Source of the DNA: Tubiluchus corallicola
Taxonomy: Eukaryota > Animalia > Priapulida
Assembly (NCBI GenBank): GCA_030141605.1
Contig: JAQGDQ010000060.1
Location: 620,001-684,000, forward strand
DNA length: 64,000 bases
Reading direction: 5' to 3'
Position 1 is the stretch's first letter. Each line of letters begins with the position of its first letter. A program made the position numbers and the translations under genes. Below, piece by piece: positions 1 to 21,842 of this stretch. The notes beneath the pieces are model-generated. The model saw nothing but the letters and a program-made list of their open reading frames with translations, was not told the origin of the DNA and made no database searches.

Positions 1-10974
<10,974 letters not shown>

Positions 10975-11556
10975 ATCTACAGTAGTTTAGCTTTGATACA
11001 TGTAAAGCTTTTATATGTGAAGTTGAAGACATTCCACGTGTCTGGAATACCGACCATAAACAGTGAAAACTAATGTGGTTGCTGTTCAGGTTACTTGCTT
11101 TCATTTTGTCACTTTTGTCACACGGGGTAAACGAACTCAGGTGGGATGACACATTTTGCCTGGCAACCTTTTAACCTGTTATGTCTTCTAAGTTGCTACT
11201 GATCTTGTTCACTGTTCCATTGTAAAGAGTGTAGGTAGACTGTATATGTAACTGTAATCACTAATCAATTAATTAACCATTACGTGATTTGTTGACTACA
11301 GAATTAACTACTATGTAAATTATGTATGAATTTCTGCATAATGGTATTGTACGTATAAAAAGGTGATAATGACAATAATAGTAGAAATAGTAATAGTATA
11401 GAAATAGTAATAGAAATAGTAAAAATAATAGTGTTATGGGCAAATTGCCCATACAATTTGTTTTTTCTTTTTCCCGCACGAGGGACCCAAAAACTGAAGC
11501 GGACGGGTGGGAATTGCTGGCAGAGTTATCTGGTTTTTTGTGGATAATGCAATGTG

Positions 11557-11929
11557 TTGTAATGTCGATAGTGCAATTTTGATGTAAGGAATTGGTTTTA
11601 TGCTTCAGCCATAAACGGTGTGCGCTCTTTGGCCGCACGAAGTGAGTGTTTTTTGTATATTTAATACATAGCAATTTTCTGTGTAATTTTTTTGTTCAAC
11701 TTCTGTGTTTTTTGTTCAAATTGCATTGCTGCAGATTTTATGTATTGTTTTGTTTTTCAAAGACTCCAGTGAACACATTAGGAAAGGAACTCTCGTGTTT
11801 GGCTGTATTAACATTTATTCTTTCGGCTGAAATGGACCGTGCATGCTGTTGGGTGTATGGAGCATAAACTGAAAGCGAGGAGCCATTTTTACTACCTTGA
11901 CACGGACGAACTAGTTTCATACATCACAG
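11557..11929 (+). mobile_element. Candidate 5' LTR of the BEL/Pao element
   Basis: TGT...ACA-bounded, T-rich non-coding segment about 365 bp upstream of the gag ATG. No second LTR is present to confirm the boundaries. Confidence 0.25.
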
Positions 11930-12293
11930 GAAGCCAGGCTGTACAAGCAATCAACTTACCTGTTTTACCCGTCTGAAGAACTTGGCTGCAGGGTGAATTA
12001 TGGAAAGTCAACCAGCTGTATGAAGTTACAGGTTTCTATCAACTAAATACACGTTTGAAGAAAACTTTTTGATGTAATCTGTATTGATACTTCATTGCAA
12101 TATTTCAATATTGAGAGAGAAAAATTGATCTAGCCTGTATACATGCTAAAAGACAGAGCTATGTTACAATTTGATGGTATAGTCTTTACAGTATTGGGTT
12201 TTTGGATATTATGCCAAGTTGCCATTACATTGTTGAATAGGTGTTGCATTGTTTAACATTGTTCTTGTTATAGTTTGTGCTAATGCTTTTATA

Positions 12294-14530
12294 ATGTCTG
12301 ATATAGAAAATTACACTGTTGAGCAGTTGAGAAAAAACTTGAAAGAGAGAGGGTTAAAGGTATCTGGGTCAAAAACCGAACTTATTGATAGATTAAAGGA
12401 GAGCATTACTAGGTTTTTACCTATTGAGCCCGGCCCTTCGGCCATCCATGAAGAAGATGCGCATAAGAGACAAACTTTAATGTCTAAATCTAATAAAGGA
12501 TCATCCAAAGCATCAGCTATTTCTTCTGTATTATCAAAAAGGGTAGCAGCAGAAGCTAGAAAAGCTGCTTTGCTGGTAGAAAGGAATGCCTTAGTGCAAA
12601 AGCAAGAGCTTGAACAAAAACAAAAAGAAATGGAACTGCAACAACAACGATTAAAGCAGCAACAAGAGCGCGTAGATCTGGAGACGAGACTCAAAGTAGC
12701 AAATGCCGAAGCTGCAGTGTACTCTAATTATGAAGCGAGTGAGCGCTCAATTTCCGAAGCAAGCTCTGAAAATAAAATAAGACGAGCCACTTCATGGGTA
12801 AAGGCACAGCAGACAAAGGATAAATTGGAAACCCCAAATGAAGCTCATGTAACCCTTGCAACTAATGACTTTTATGCTCAAAGCGCTATGGTCTTAGCTC
12901 ATTCTTTGCGAAAAACAAATACTAGGCATAGCATAGTTGTCATGGTAACAGCGCAGCTCTCGTCGAAGATTATGATACAAATGCAGACAATTTTTGATGA
13001 CGTTGAGCTTGTTGAAGAACAAATCTGCGACGGTTTAGAGGCGCTATATGCAGGACGTCCCGAGGTGAGAGCAACATACACCAAGCTTCATTGTTGGACT
13101 TTGACACGTTACTCTAAATGCATTTTCATGGATGCAGACACGATTGTCCTGCGAAATATTGATGACTTGTTTGAAAAAGAAGAACTTTCGGCGTCTCCTG
13201 ATATTGGTTGGCCTGACCATTTCAGCAGTGGTGTCATGGTCATCAGACCAAGTCTTGACACTTATAACAGTCTCTTAACCTTTGCCAGAACATTCCCAAG
13301 CTTTGATGGAGGAGATCAGGGCTTGTTGAACAGCTTTTTTAAAGACTGGAATCGTCTCCCCTTTAGGCCTTTACTTATAATGTTTCGGCATCTACGTGCT
13401 GCACATATCTACCTGCATTTGAAGCTTGTAGGGATGAAATAAAAGTTGTACATTTCCTTGGGAAAGAGAAGCCTTGGCAACACCATTAGAACAAGTTAAG
13501 AGATGTCATTACGCCACCATTTGGCGAGCCATTAAAGTATAATGCAGAGCATTTACGTTTATGGTGGAAATATTTCAATGAAATACAGACCACAAGCCAG
13601 CCTAATATTAATGAAAGCGAAACACATTTCTTTCAGCAGCCACGTGTACAAGATCAGCATTTTGGCAACCAACCAATTCAGTGTCAGCAACCTTATAGGC
13701 AACCAGGTAACCAAGCAACCATCTATGCATCTAACCCATGCAATCAACCTTTACAGCTTGAATATACCCCTGCAATGAATACAGGTATGCCTACCTATGG
13801 CGCCTTTAGCGGTTTTCCATTGCCTAGCATCCAACTCGAAACATTTGACGGTTCAGAACTCCAGTATGCTAGATTCATTAGACGTTTTGAATCAACTGTA
13901 GAGAATAACACGACAGATAGTGTTGCGAGACCTTCCCTTCTCCTGCAATTTTGTAGCGAAAAAGTGCGAAAATATATCGACTGTTGCATGAATATGCGCC
14001 CAGATATTGGTTACATGCGTGCCAAACAAATGCTGAAGGAGAGGTATGGTGATGAATTTTCCATTACGCAGGCCTGGTTGAAAGAAATATCAAGCTTCAA
14101 ATATATAAAAGCGTCCGAACCAGAGCTGCTTCGTGATTACGCTGATACTTTAAGAAGTTGCTCAGAAGCTTTATCTGCAGTTGGACACATATCTGAGGTA
14201 AACACGCAAGGAAACCTATCCCAGATTGTTGACAAATTACCGCCTGGAATTCATGCGTCATGGAGAAAGGAAGTCTATAAAATACGAACTTCAGGCAGAG
14301 ATCCCAGGATTGAAGATGTTGTGAGTTTCATTGAACTTCAGGCAAAAATAGAGAACAACCCAACGTATCGCAAGAAGCCTGTAGATAGAAAAGAAAGCAA
14401 GGAAAGCACAAAGCCCAAGTTTGGGAATGCCAAGACCTTTGCTAACACAAACACACAACAACCGCAAGCTGCAGATGATCCTAAGAGCAATGACAAGAGC
14501 TTAAGGATCCTAAGAGGTTTCAAATTTTAA
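12294..14530 (+). pseudogene. Gag N-terminal fusion: SAP domain + coiled coil + glycogenin GT8 + Q/P linker + capsid (disrupted)
   Basis: ATG at 12294 (MSDIENYTVEQLRKNLKERGLKVSGSKTELIDRL = SAP). Removing an 8-bp insertion at about 13365-13372 and reading through TAG at 13487 gives one continuous frame into ORF 13775-14530. Confidence 0.85.
12840..13582 (+). pseudogene. GYG1: Intronless glycogenin-like glycosyltransferase family 8 domain inside Gag
   Basis: EAHVTLATNDFY; TKLHCWTLTRYSKCIFMDADT (DxD); NIDDLFEKEELSASPDIGWPD; SFDGGDQGLLNSFF; after the frameshift LPFTYN..TYLPAF..IKVVHFLGKEKPW and EHLRLWWKYF. All collinear with animal glycogenin. Confidence 0.92.
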
Positions 14531-14532
14531 AA

Positions 14533-16670
14533 TGCATTTCCTGCTCAGGAGAACATCTACTAATTAAATGTCCTGCTTTCAAGAAGTTATCTGTTCAAGA
14601 ACGTCGCGAGTTTGTTACTCAAAATAAGCTTTGCTTCAACTGCTTAAAGCGCAACCACATCAGCAGAGATTGCAGATCTGAGAAAAGATGTAAGGTTTGC
14701 CATAAAGGGCACTCCAATTTTTTGCACCTGAAGAGGGAAGATACAGCAAGCGCCATACCAAACAGAGATGTTACACAGATTAAAGAAGCATATGGAAAGC
14801 GTAACCAATCTCCCAGAGTTGAGAACAACGCAAAGAAAGATAGAGATGCATCACCAAAGCCAAACTCTCACAGTGCATATGTAAAGCAACAAAAGCCAAA
14901 TGCAAGAACAGCTTTGCCTATACTACCAGTTCAAGTAAAGGTACCAGGCGGTGTACCAACTATGACTCTAGCTTTACTGGCCAATGGTTCAATTAATACA
15001 TTTTGTTCAGAGCCATTGCGTCTAAGACTAGGTACTCGGGGAAGGAGGATGTTTTACGTCTAACAACTCTGGAAAGGAAGATGAGTGAAAATAAGACTAC
15101 TGTTGTCAAGCTCAAAGTCTCGCATATTGACAATCAAGATTTCATGGATCTGCTATTCGTCTTCACCAGACCTTCCTTGATGTTCGATATGGAGAATATG
15201 CCAACGCAAGACCATCTAAAAGAATGGCTGCACCTTCAAGGGCTTGATTTCCATTGCCTAGATGGCAATTGCAGCAACTTAGATGTAGGTCTTTTAATTG
15301 GTCAAGACATACCTGAAGCACTCATGTCACTGGAGATTAAGACAGGTCCAAAATATGCACCTTGGGCGACACGTGCTAAACTTGGATGGACTTTGAATGG
15401 TCCGCTATGTTCAGGAGAAACTAAGATTGCCTTAAGTCATTATGCTCATGTGGAAGGGCTGCAGGAAGTGATTCAAAAATTTTGGCAGTTGGAAGAATGT
15501 CAAAATGAAACTGTCGGCATGTCTGTAGAGGATGCGAAAGCTATTAAAATTTGGAAAACTTCAGCTGTTGTAACTCCAGATGGGCATTACCAGATAAGAA
15601 TACCATTCAGAGACAAAAATCCTCAACTAGGGATAGTAAAGTCGTTGCTCTGTCCCGATTAACTTAGCAAAAAGATTCAGGCAGGACAGCATTTTTTCAT
15701 AATAAATATGCAAATGAAATTGCAACGTTGCTACGAAACGGACATGCAGAACTCGTTCTTAAGGATCATGAGCCTGTGCCCGGTAAAGTGTGGTACCTCC
15801 CACATTTTGCTGTCAAAAGTGAAAGCAAACCAGATAAGACCAGAGTGGTGTTCGACTGTGCAGTTATTTTTCGTGGAACAACTCTCAATAAGAATGTTTT
15901 ACAAGGACCTGACCTAACTAACAACCTTGTTGAGGTGTTGGTCAGGTTTCGTGAAAAGCCTATTGCAATTGCAGCAGACATCGAGAAGATGTTCTACCAA
16001 GTTTAAGTGCATCCAGATGACAGAGACGTTTTACGATTTATTTGGTGGCCTGATGGACACGTGGATTTAGAACCACAAATCTACCGGATGACAGTGCACA
16101 TATTTGGAGGCATCTAGTGCCCTAACATTGCATCCTTTGCATTGCGGAAGAGCAGAAGACAACATAGGGGACATAGATGAGGACATAGTCATTCAGACAG
16201 TTTTAAGGAACTTTTATGTTGATGATCTTCTGGCAACCACACAAACTGTAGCAGATGCTACCTCTCTGATCAAGGACCTTTCTGAATTACTTCACCGTGG
16301 AGGCTTTCACTTGACAAAATGGTCCAACAACAATCGGGAAGTAATATCTTCTGTAGCACCCAAAGATCGCAGCAATTACGTCAAAGAAATCGATCTTGAC
16401 CTAGATGCTACAGCTACTCTTCCTGTGGACAGGGTCCTTGGTATAATGTGGGACCTGGAATCAGATACTTTTAATATTAAAGTCAAGAAGGGCAGACCTA
16501 TGACCCGACGTGGGCTTTTGAGTGTCACAGCTTCGACCTATGACCCATTGGGTATAACCAGCCCATGCATCTTGAATGCCAAGCTTCTGTTTCAAGAAGA
16601 AACACGTCTAAAGAAAGATTGGGATGATGATCTTTCTGACCACATTAAGGCTAAATGGCAGGCATGGCTA
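14533..16670 (+). pseudogene. BEL/Pao zinc knuckles, aspartic protease and reverse transcriptase (frameshifted)
   Basis: ORF fragments 14722-15063, 15003-15662, 15728-16006 and 16104-16697 carry consecutive Pao pol motifs. Confidence 0.92.
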
Positions 16671-18849
16671 TTATATATAGCAACGATATATACATAACGT
16701 TGCTGTAAGGTAATATAATTTTAAAGCGATTTTCGTGAAACCTACTTTTTCTTGTCCTTTGTTAATTCAAGAATAGTTTTGTCCCATATGGCTTATTTAA
16801 TTTCCAAATTTAAGTTTCGACTCATTTATTGAGAGAAATGAGAGAAATCGTGGCATCTGAAAACCTGCTAGCTTCTACATTGATTATGTTAAAATGTATA
16901 CTTTTATCAGATTTGAAAATGGGATAGCACATGAAAAATTATCCTGTCTTCCTTTCAATGAAAAGGAATAGGAAGTAATTACTTTGGAACAGACAGAGTT
17001 TTTATAAATTTGAAAAGGTTTCGGTCATGCTGTCTCTACACGTTTTTTAGCTTGAAAAACTTACAAATATGACTCTTTCTAATTTTTCCAGGTACTATGC
17101 GTCTGCGTTACTGTTACCCAAGTAGAATGCCTCTTGATGCAGAAAACTTGTATGATTTTAAAAAGAAAAAATAATAATTGGACATTGCGCGGTGGCCCAC
17201 ACTGGTTGATTGTCGCCTGCCGATTTTGTATTGTTGTCCAGTTTGTCGAAAAAGTGATTCATGGATTGGACTACAGATTTACCTTAGGAACGACGAAAAA
17301 AACGGCCATCGTTTGACTTTGGTCACCTCACAACCATAAATCATCATCAGTTAACGTTAAAAGTGAAGCTAAGATCTATTAGTAACGCCAAGTTAAGCAG
17401 TTGTTATTAGGAAACTACATCTAATAATTTCCATAACATAACTAGCTTAATTATACTCGCTTAGCTGTAGTTAGAAAACAAATAAACCTGATTAGACTAG
17501 CAGCTGGGAGATTTGAACTGTACTACAGAGACTACAGTCAAGTAGTCAAAAACCAGCATGTAAATGTGCATATGGGTGATTCAGAAAAATGGTGTTTTAT
17601 TGTCACTTGGGGTCAGTGTCATTAAAAGCTGGCTGCTGTCGCAGGTTTAAAGTTAAAATAACTCAACTAGGTGGCATTTGAGGTGGCATAAATGTATTAA
17701 CAGCAGATTTAAAAATGTGGGTGGTCTATCAGAAAAATAGTATTTCAAGGTCAAACTCAATCAAACGGTCTGCAGACGAAGATTTATAGTCAAAATAACT
17801 CAACTAATTAACACCTTACCAGTTGATACAGGTAATGGTCTATCAGAAAAATCGTACTTCAAGGTCATTCAAGGTTATTGTAAATAACTGAAGTAGTAAA
17901 CATTACGGTTACATAACTATACTAGTAGCCGACATAGAAGTGCTGTATCATCACTGAACTGGTTGTTCACAGTCAAGGTCATACAAAATGGTCGCCGATG
18001 CACCTTTGAAGTCATCATAAAACATTAGGAAGCATGGTAGGCTGCATATCGGATTGTCTTTAAAGGGAATTTGGTCCCTGAATTCAACAATTTTGTTTCA
18101 CTGCATGAAATGGCTATATGCGGCTCTCGTGCTTTCTTGACAACAAATCTTTGGCAATGCTTAAACTGTGAAAACCAGTTTAAGAGAATTTCAGGTGTTG
18201 TAGTCCAGAGGATTCCGTCGCTTTTTTTTCTTGACAACAAATCTTTACCAGCGTTTAACTTTCTGTGGTGAAAACCGCTTTAATAGAATTCCAGGTGTTG
18301 TAGTCCAGAGAAATGCGTCCCTTTTTGCTTGACAACAAATCTTTACCAGCGTTTAACTTTCTGTGGTGAAAACCACTTCATTAGCCAACATTATTCATTA
18401 CTCTGGTATACTGCAAACGAATGCTTTCCAGCCATAATTTCAAAAACCACTAAATCTGTAAACTTGTAGTTTCTCACGACCAAAAGGTAATGTTTCCTGC
18501 TATCTCATCATTTTTGTGGAACTGGAATTTGAAGTTCCCGTGTCTTCAGGCTCAGTGTGCATCCATTTCTGAAACGTTACCGATTCTTAAGTCTCAGTCA
18601 GTTTAAACACACAACTTTTTTTAAAAACTTTAATTTACAATTAAAAACATGTCCAAAAGTTTCAACAGCAATCAGCTGTCATCATCAGTGGTAAATTTAT
18701 ACAAACAACAACCAGTTTATATAGGCAGAGCCTACAGTATACAAAATTATATAAATTAGAAATTATGTATTGCTTCATTTAATGTCTCGTATCAGAGAAT
18801 CTTTTTCGATGCTTATAAAAAATGTTCATGTTAATAATGCAGAACTGAT

Positions 18850-18879
18850 AATAATATTAATGATAATGATGACGACGAC

Positions 18880-18936
<57 letters not shown>

Positions 18937-18950
18937 AATAATAATAATAA
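18850..18950. repeat. (ATG)n/(ATA)n microsatellite
   Basis: Trinucleotide runs. Confidence 0.95.
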
Positions 18951-19222
18951 CTAGAAAAATTATCAAAATTGTATTTCTTATGACTATCTTCAATTCTTTA
19001 TCTATGTTTCCTTATCTAGCTGTTGTAAGTTGACAGATCGCGAGTAAAAAGAATTTTAGAAGTCTTCATGCGTCCAGGGACATTATTTTGTTCACCTCTG
19101 TTCTACTGGTTGTTGAATGGCTATTTCTTCGCTGGACTACCATCAGGTAGTCTGTACACAACCTATCTTAAACGACGCGTTTTATTTTCCTAAAATGTTT
19201 TAGAAGAATAAACTCCATACTT

Positions 19223-19318
19223 GTTACCATGGAATTAGTAAGCATCATCATCGCCCGAAAGTGCGTCATGACACATTACGTCATTCATATGAAGATAACA
19301 ATTCGCTGCCATGGCAAC
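19223..19318. promoter_or_regulatory. Two RFX X-box-like motifs (candidate ciliary-gene promoter)
   Basis: GTTACCATGGAATT (19223-19236) and GCTGCCATGGCAAC (19305-19318) versus the X-box consensus GTTNCCATGGNAAC; CRE-like TTACGTCA between them. Confidence 0.4.
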
Positions 19319-19746
19319 GATTGTTCTTCGTTCTTGCAGTGACCTAATAGACGTCAGTCTTTGTTCGGCCTCATTTCTTTCTTTGCTTTCGATGCGAGAA
19401 GGTGCGTTATTATTATTATTATTACTTGCAAGTCTCTTGTGCGTTCTTTAGTGGGCTATCATGGGGTGTTTTGATTTTTTATGCAACTGCGAGCGCCGTG
19501 AGGACCAACCGGTGCCTAGACGCTGGAGGATCCGGACCATATGGTCTAGGACCCGGGGGCTGTCGCTCCTATGCCCTCAGTCCATTCGTCTTCTGGGACC
19601 TCCACGCGTTGTAGTGGTGAGGGAGAGTCTTCCGGGACAACCACGGGGGCGGTTCGTCTTGGAAGCTCGAGTAGCATGGGTCTCCCTCTGGTTGAGTGCT
19701 GAATGTCATTCTTAAGTACTAACCTTACCGTACCATGCTCTCACAT

Positions 19747-20455
19747 CTGGGCTCTGATTAGGACAGCTACTATTGGACTGGCAGAGCCCCGTAATGTGAT
19801 AGGTGGGTTGAACGAAAATCTGGGCTCTGGTCAGGACAGCCACTATTAGACTGTCAGAGCCCCGTAAGTTGGTAGGTGGGGTTGAGCGGAAATCTGAGCT
19901 CTGGTCAGGACAGCCACTATTAGACTGGCAGAGCCCCATAAGTTGGTAGGTGGGTTGAACGAAAATCTGGGCTCTGGTCAGGACAGCCACTATTGGACTG
20001 GCAGAGCCCCGTAAGTTGGTAGGTGGGGTTGAACGAAAATCTGGGCTCTGGCCAGGACAGCCACAAATGGACTGGCAGAGCCCCGTAAGTTGGTAGGTGG
20101 GGTTGGGCGGAAATCTGGGCTCTGGTCAGGACAGCCACTATTGGACTGGCAGAGCCCCGTAAGTTGGTAGGTGGGGTTGAACGAAAATCTGGGCTCTGGT
20201 CAGGACAGCCACTATTGGACTGAGCCCCGTAAGTTGGTAGGTGGGGTTGAGCGGAATTCTGGGCTCTGGTCAGGACAGCCACTATTGGACTGTCAGAGCC
20301 CCGTAAGTTGGTAGGTGGGGTTGGGCGGAAATCTGGGCTCTGGTCAGGACAGCCACTATTGGACTGTCAGAGCCCCGTAAGTTGGTAGGTGGGATTGAGC
20401 GGAAATCTAGGCTCTGGTCAGGACAGCCACTATTGGACTGTCAGAGCCCCGTAAG
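19747..20455. repeat. 74-bp GC-rich tandem repeat, about 9.5 copies, each with an internal hairpin
   Basis: Unit CTGGGCTCTGGTCAGGACAGCCACTATTGGACTGGCAGAGCCCCGTAAGTTGGTAGGTGGGGTTGAACGAAAAT; GGGCTCTG/CAGAGCCC inverted repeat. Confidence 0.95.
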
Positions 20456-20479
20456 GTGCCTCGGGGGGAGGGGGGGCCT

Positions 20480-20656
20480 GGCTCACGGTAGTGCGTGCAC
20501 TACAGGGGTGTGTGATGCGTTAGGCGTAATTGCCTACTAAAGCTAACTGTAGACGAACAGTTGGCACACAGCCTCTCCACACCCAAGACTCCTGCGTAAC
20601 CTCCACGAGGTGCGAGCTGGTAACTGCCCCATTACAGGAGCAGGCTAATCAGCAGG
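20480..20656 (+). ncRNA. HDV-like self-cleaving ribozyme fold
   Basis: P1 GGCTCAC(20480-86)/GCGAGCT(20612-18); P2 CCTGC(20591)/GCAGG(20652-56); P3 ACC/GGT; L3 TCCACGA; P1.1 CC/GG(20619-20); P4 CTGCCCC/GGAGCAG; J4/2 GCTAA with the candidate catalytic C at 20645. Confidence 0.7.
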
Positions 20657-21466
20657 GAATCTCGGAGCAGTATGGAGCCCCAGAGGTGCAGTGCTGAAAG
20701 GCACTCACCATTCCATACCCCGACTATGGGTTAAATAGCATAATATATTTCAGAGCAGATCTACGTGTACTTAAAAACAGAAGTTTTTTTGTATTTTCTC
20801 TCATTATAATAAAAATTATGTTTAATAAACAGTTAACAGGTTAACTGTATTGTTTACAGTTTTTTTTGTTTGATTTTTGTATGTATAGTAGATGAAACGC
20901 TTTTAATTGTTTGGAATATTGATGCAGAAAATCGACTTTAAATGAAATTTGTCTTGTCTAAATTTATTTTATCTCCTCTCCTCTCTCTTCTCCTCTCCTT
21001 TCCTCTCCCCATTCTCTTTATTATTGTAACAAATTATTATTATTGTAATTTTTGTATTTGTGTAAGTTTGTGTGATTTGTTTGTATGTTGTAAATACGTC
21101 AATTATAATATGAGCTTCAGTTTGAAATAAAGGATTAATTAAATCAAATCAAATCAGATCAGATCAAATCCTTTTCGCTCCTCTCTCGTTTCGCCTCTTT
21201 CGTCTAGCACATCTAGTCCTACGTTAATTTTAATGCTAATGAACATGGAAAACTTCATTAAATTTCCGTACAAGGCAGTGGTGGATAAGGCACGGCTTTA
21301 TTAGTTGCGCCCAGGGGCCTCCACCAGCTGAGGAGCCTCCAGAGATTACGTAAAGACAAATGACCTTGAAATTACTACAGAATGAGAGCAGAATTATGCT
21401 GAATTTTTCCTTTGAAAAGGGCTCAATTAATTAATATGCCGTAGAATAATACATTATTATCGACAT

Positions 21467-21842
<376 letters not shown>

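Larger units (their letters stand above)
12294..16670 (+). mobile_element. Decayed, 3'-truncated BEL/Pao LTR retrotransposon (gag-PR-RT, start of RNase H/A17 region) with a captured glycogenin domain
   Basis: Capsid DUF1759-like region (LPSIQLETFDGS..F...FE..VE); triple zinc knuckle at 14533-14727 (CISCSGEHLLIKC..LCFNCLKRNHISRDC..CKVCHKGHSNFLH); protease ALLANGS (D>A); BEL RT motifs WYLPHFAV, KTRVVFDC, LQGPDL, ADIEKMFYQV, NFYVDDLL; TRRGLLS..YDPLG. Several frameshifts and stops; integrase absent. Confidence 0.95.
19425..20740 (+). mobile_element. GC-rich non-coding retroelement-derived insertion containing a 74-bp array and an HDV-like ribozyme fold
   Basis: Abrupt GC-rich block in an AT-rich background, adjoining a (TAT)n tract, rich in hairpins; no real ORF. 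Confidence 0.5.

Noticed and set aside
12249-13442. Calling this ORF the host glycogenin gene
   Set aside because: Intronless in an intron-rich genome, frameshifted, lacking the C-terminal tail and embedded in retrotransposon gag.
17600-18620. Helentron/HINE-like element (TCAAGGTCA motifs, about 97-bp direct repeats), possibly continuing the palindrome at 11434-11452
   Set aside because: Probably repetitive, but the termini could not be defined, so nesting of the BEL element inside it is unsupported.
19590-19710. Second HDV-like fold around ACCTCCACGCGTT followed by a long hairpin
   Set aside because: P3 is imperfect and no convincing P1 or P2 partners were found.
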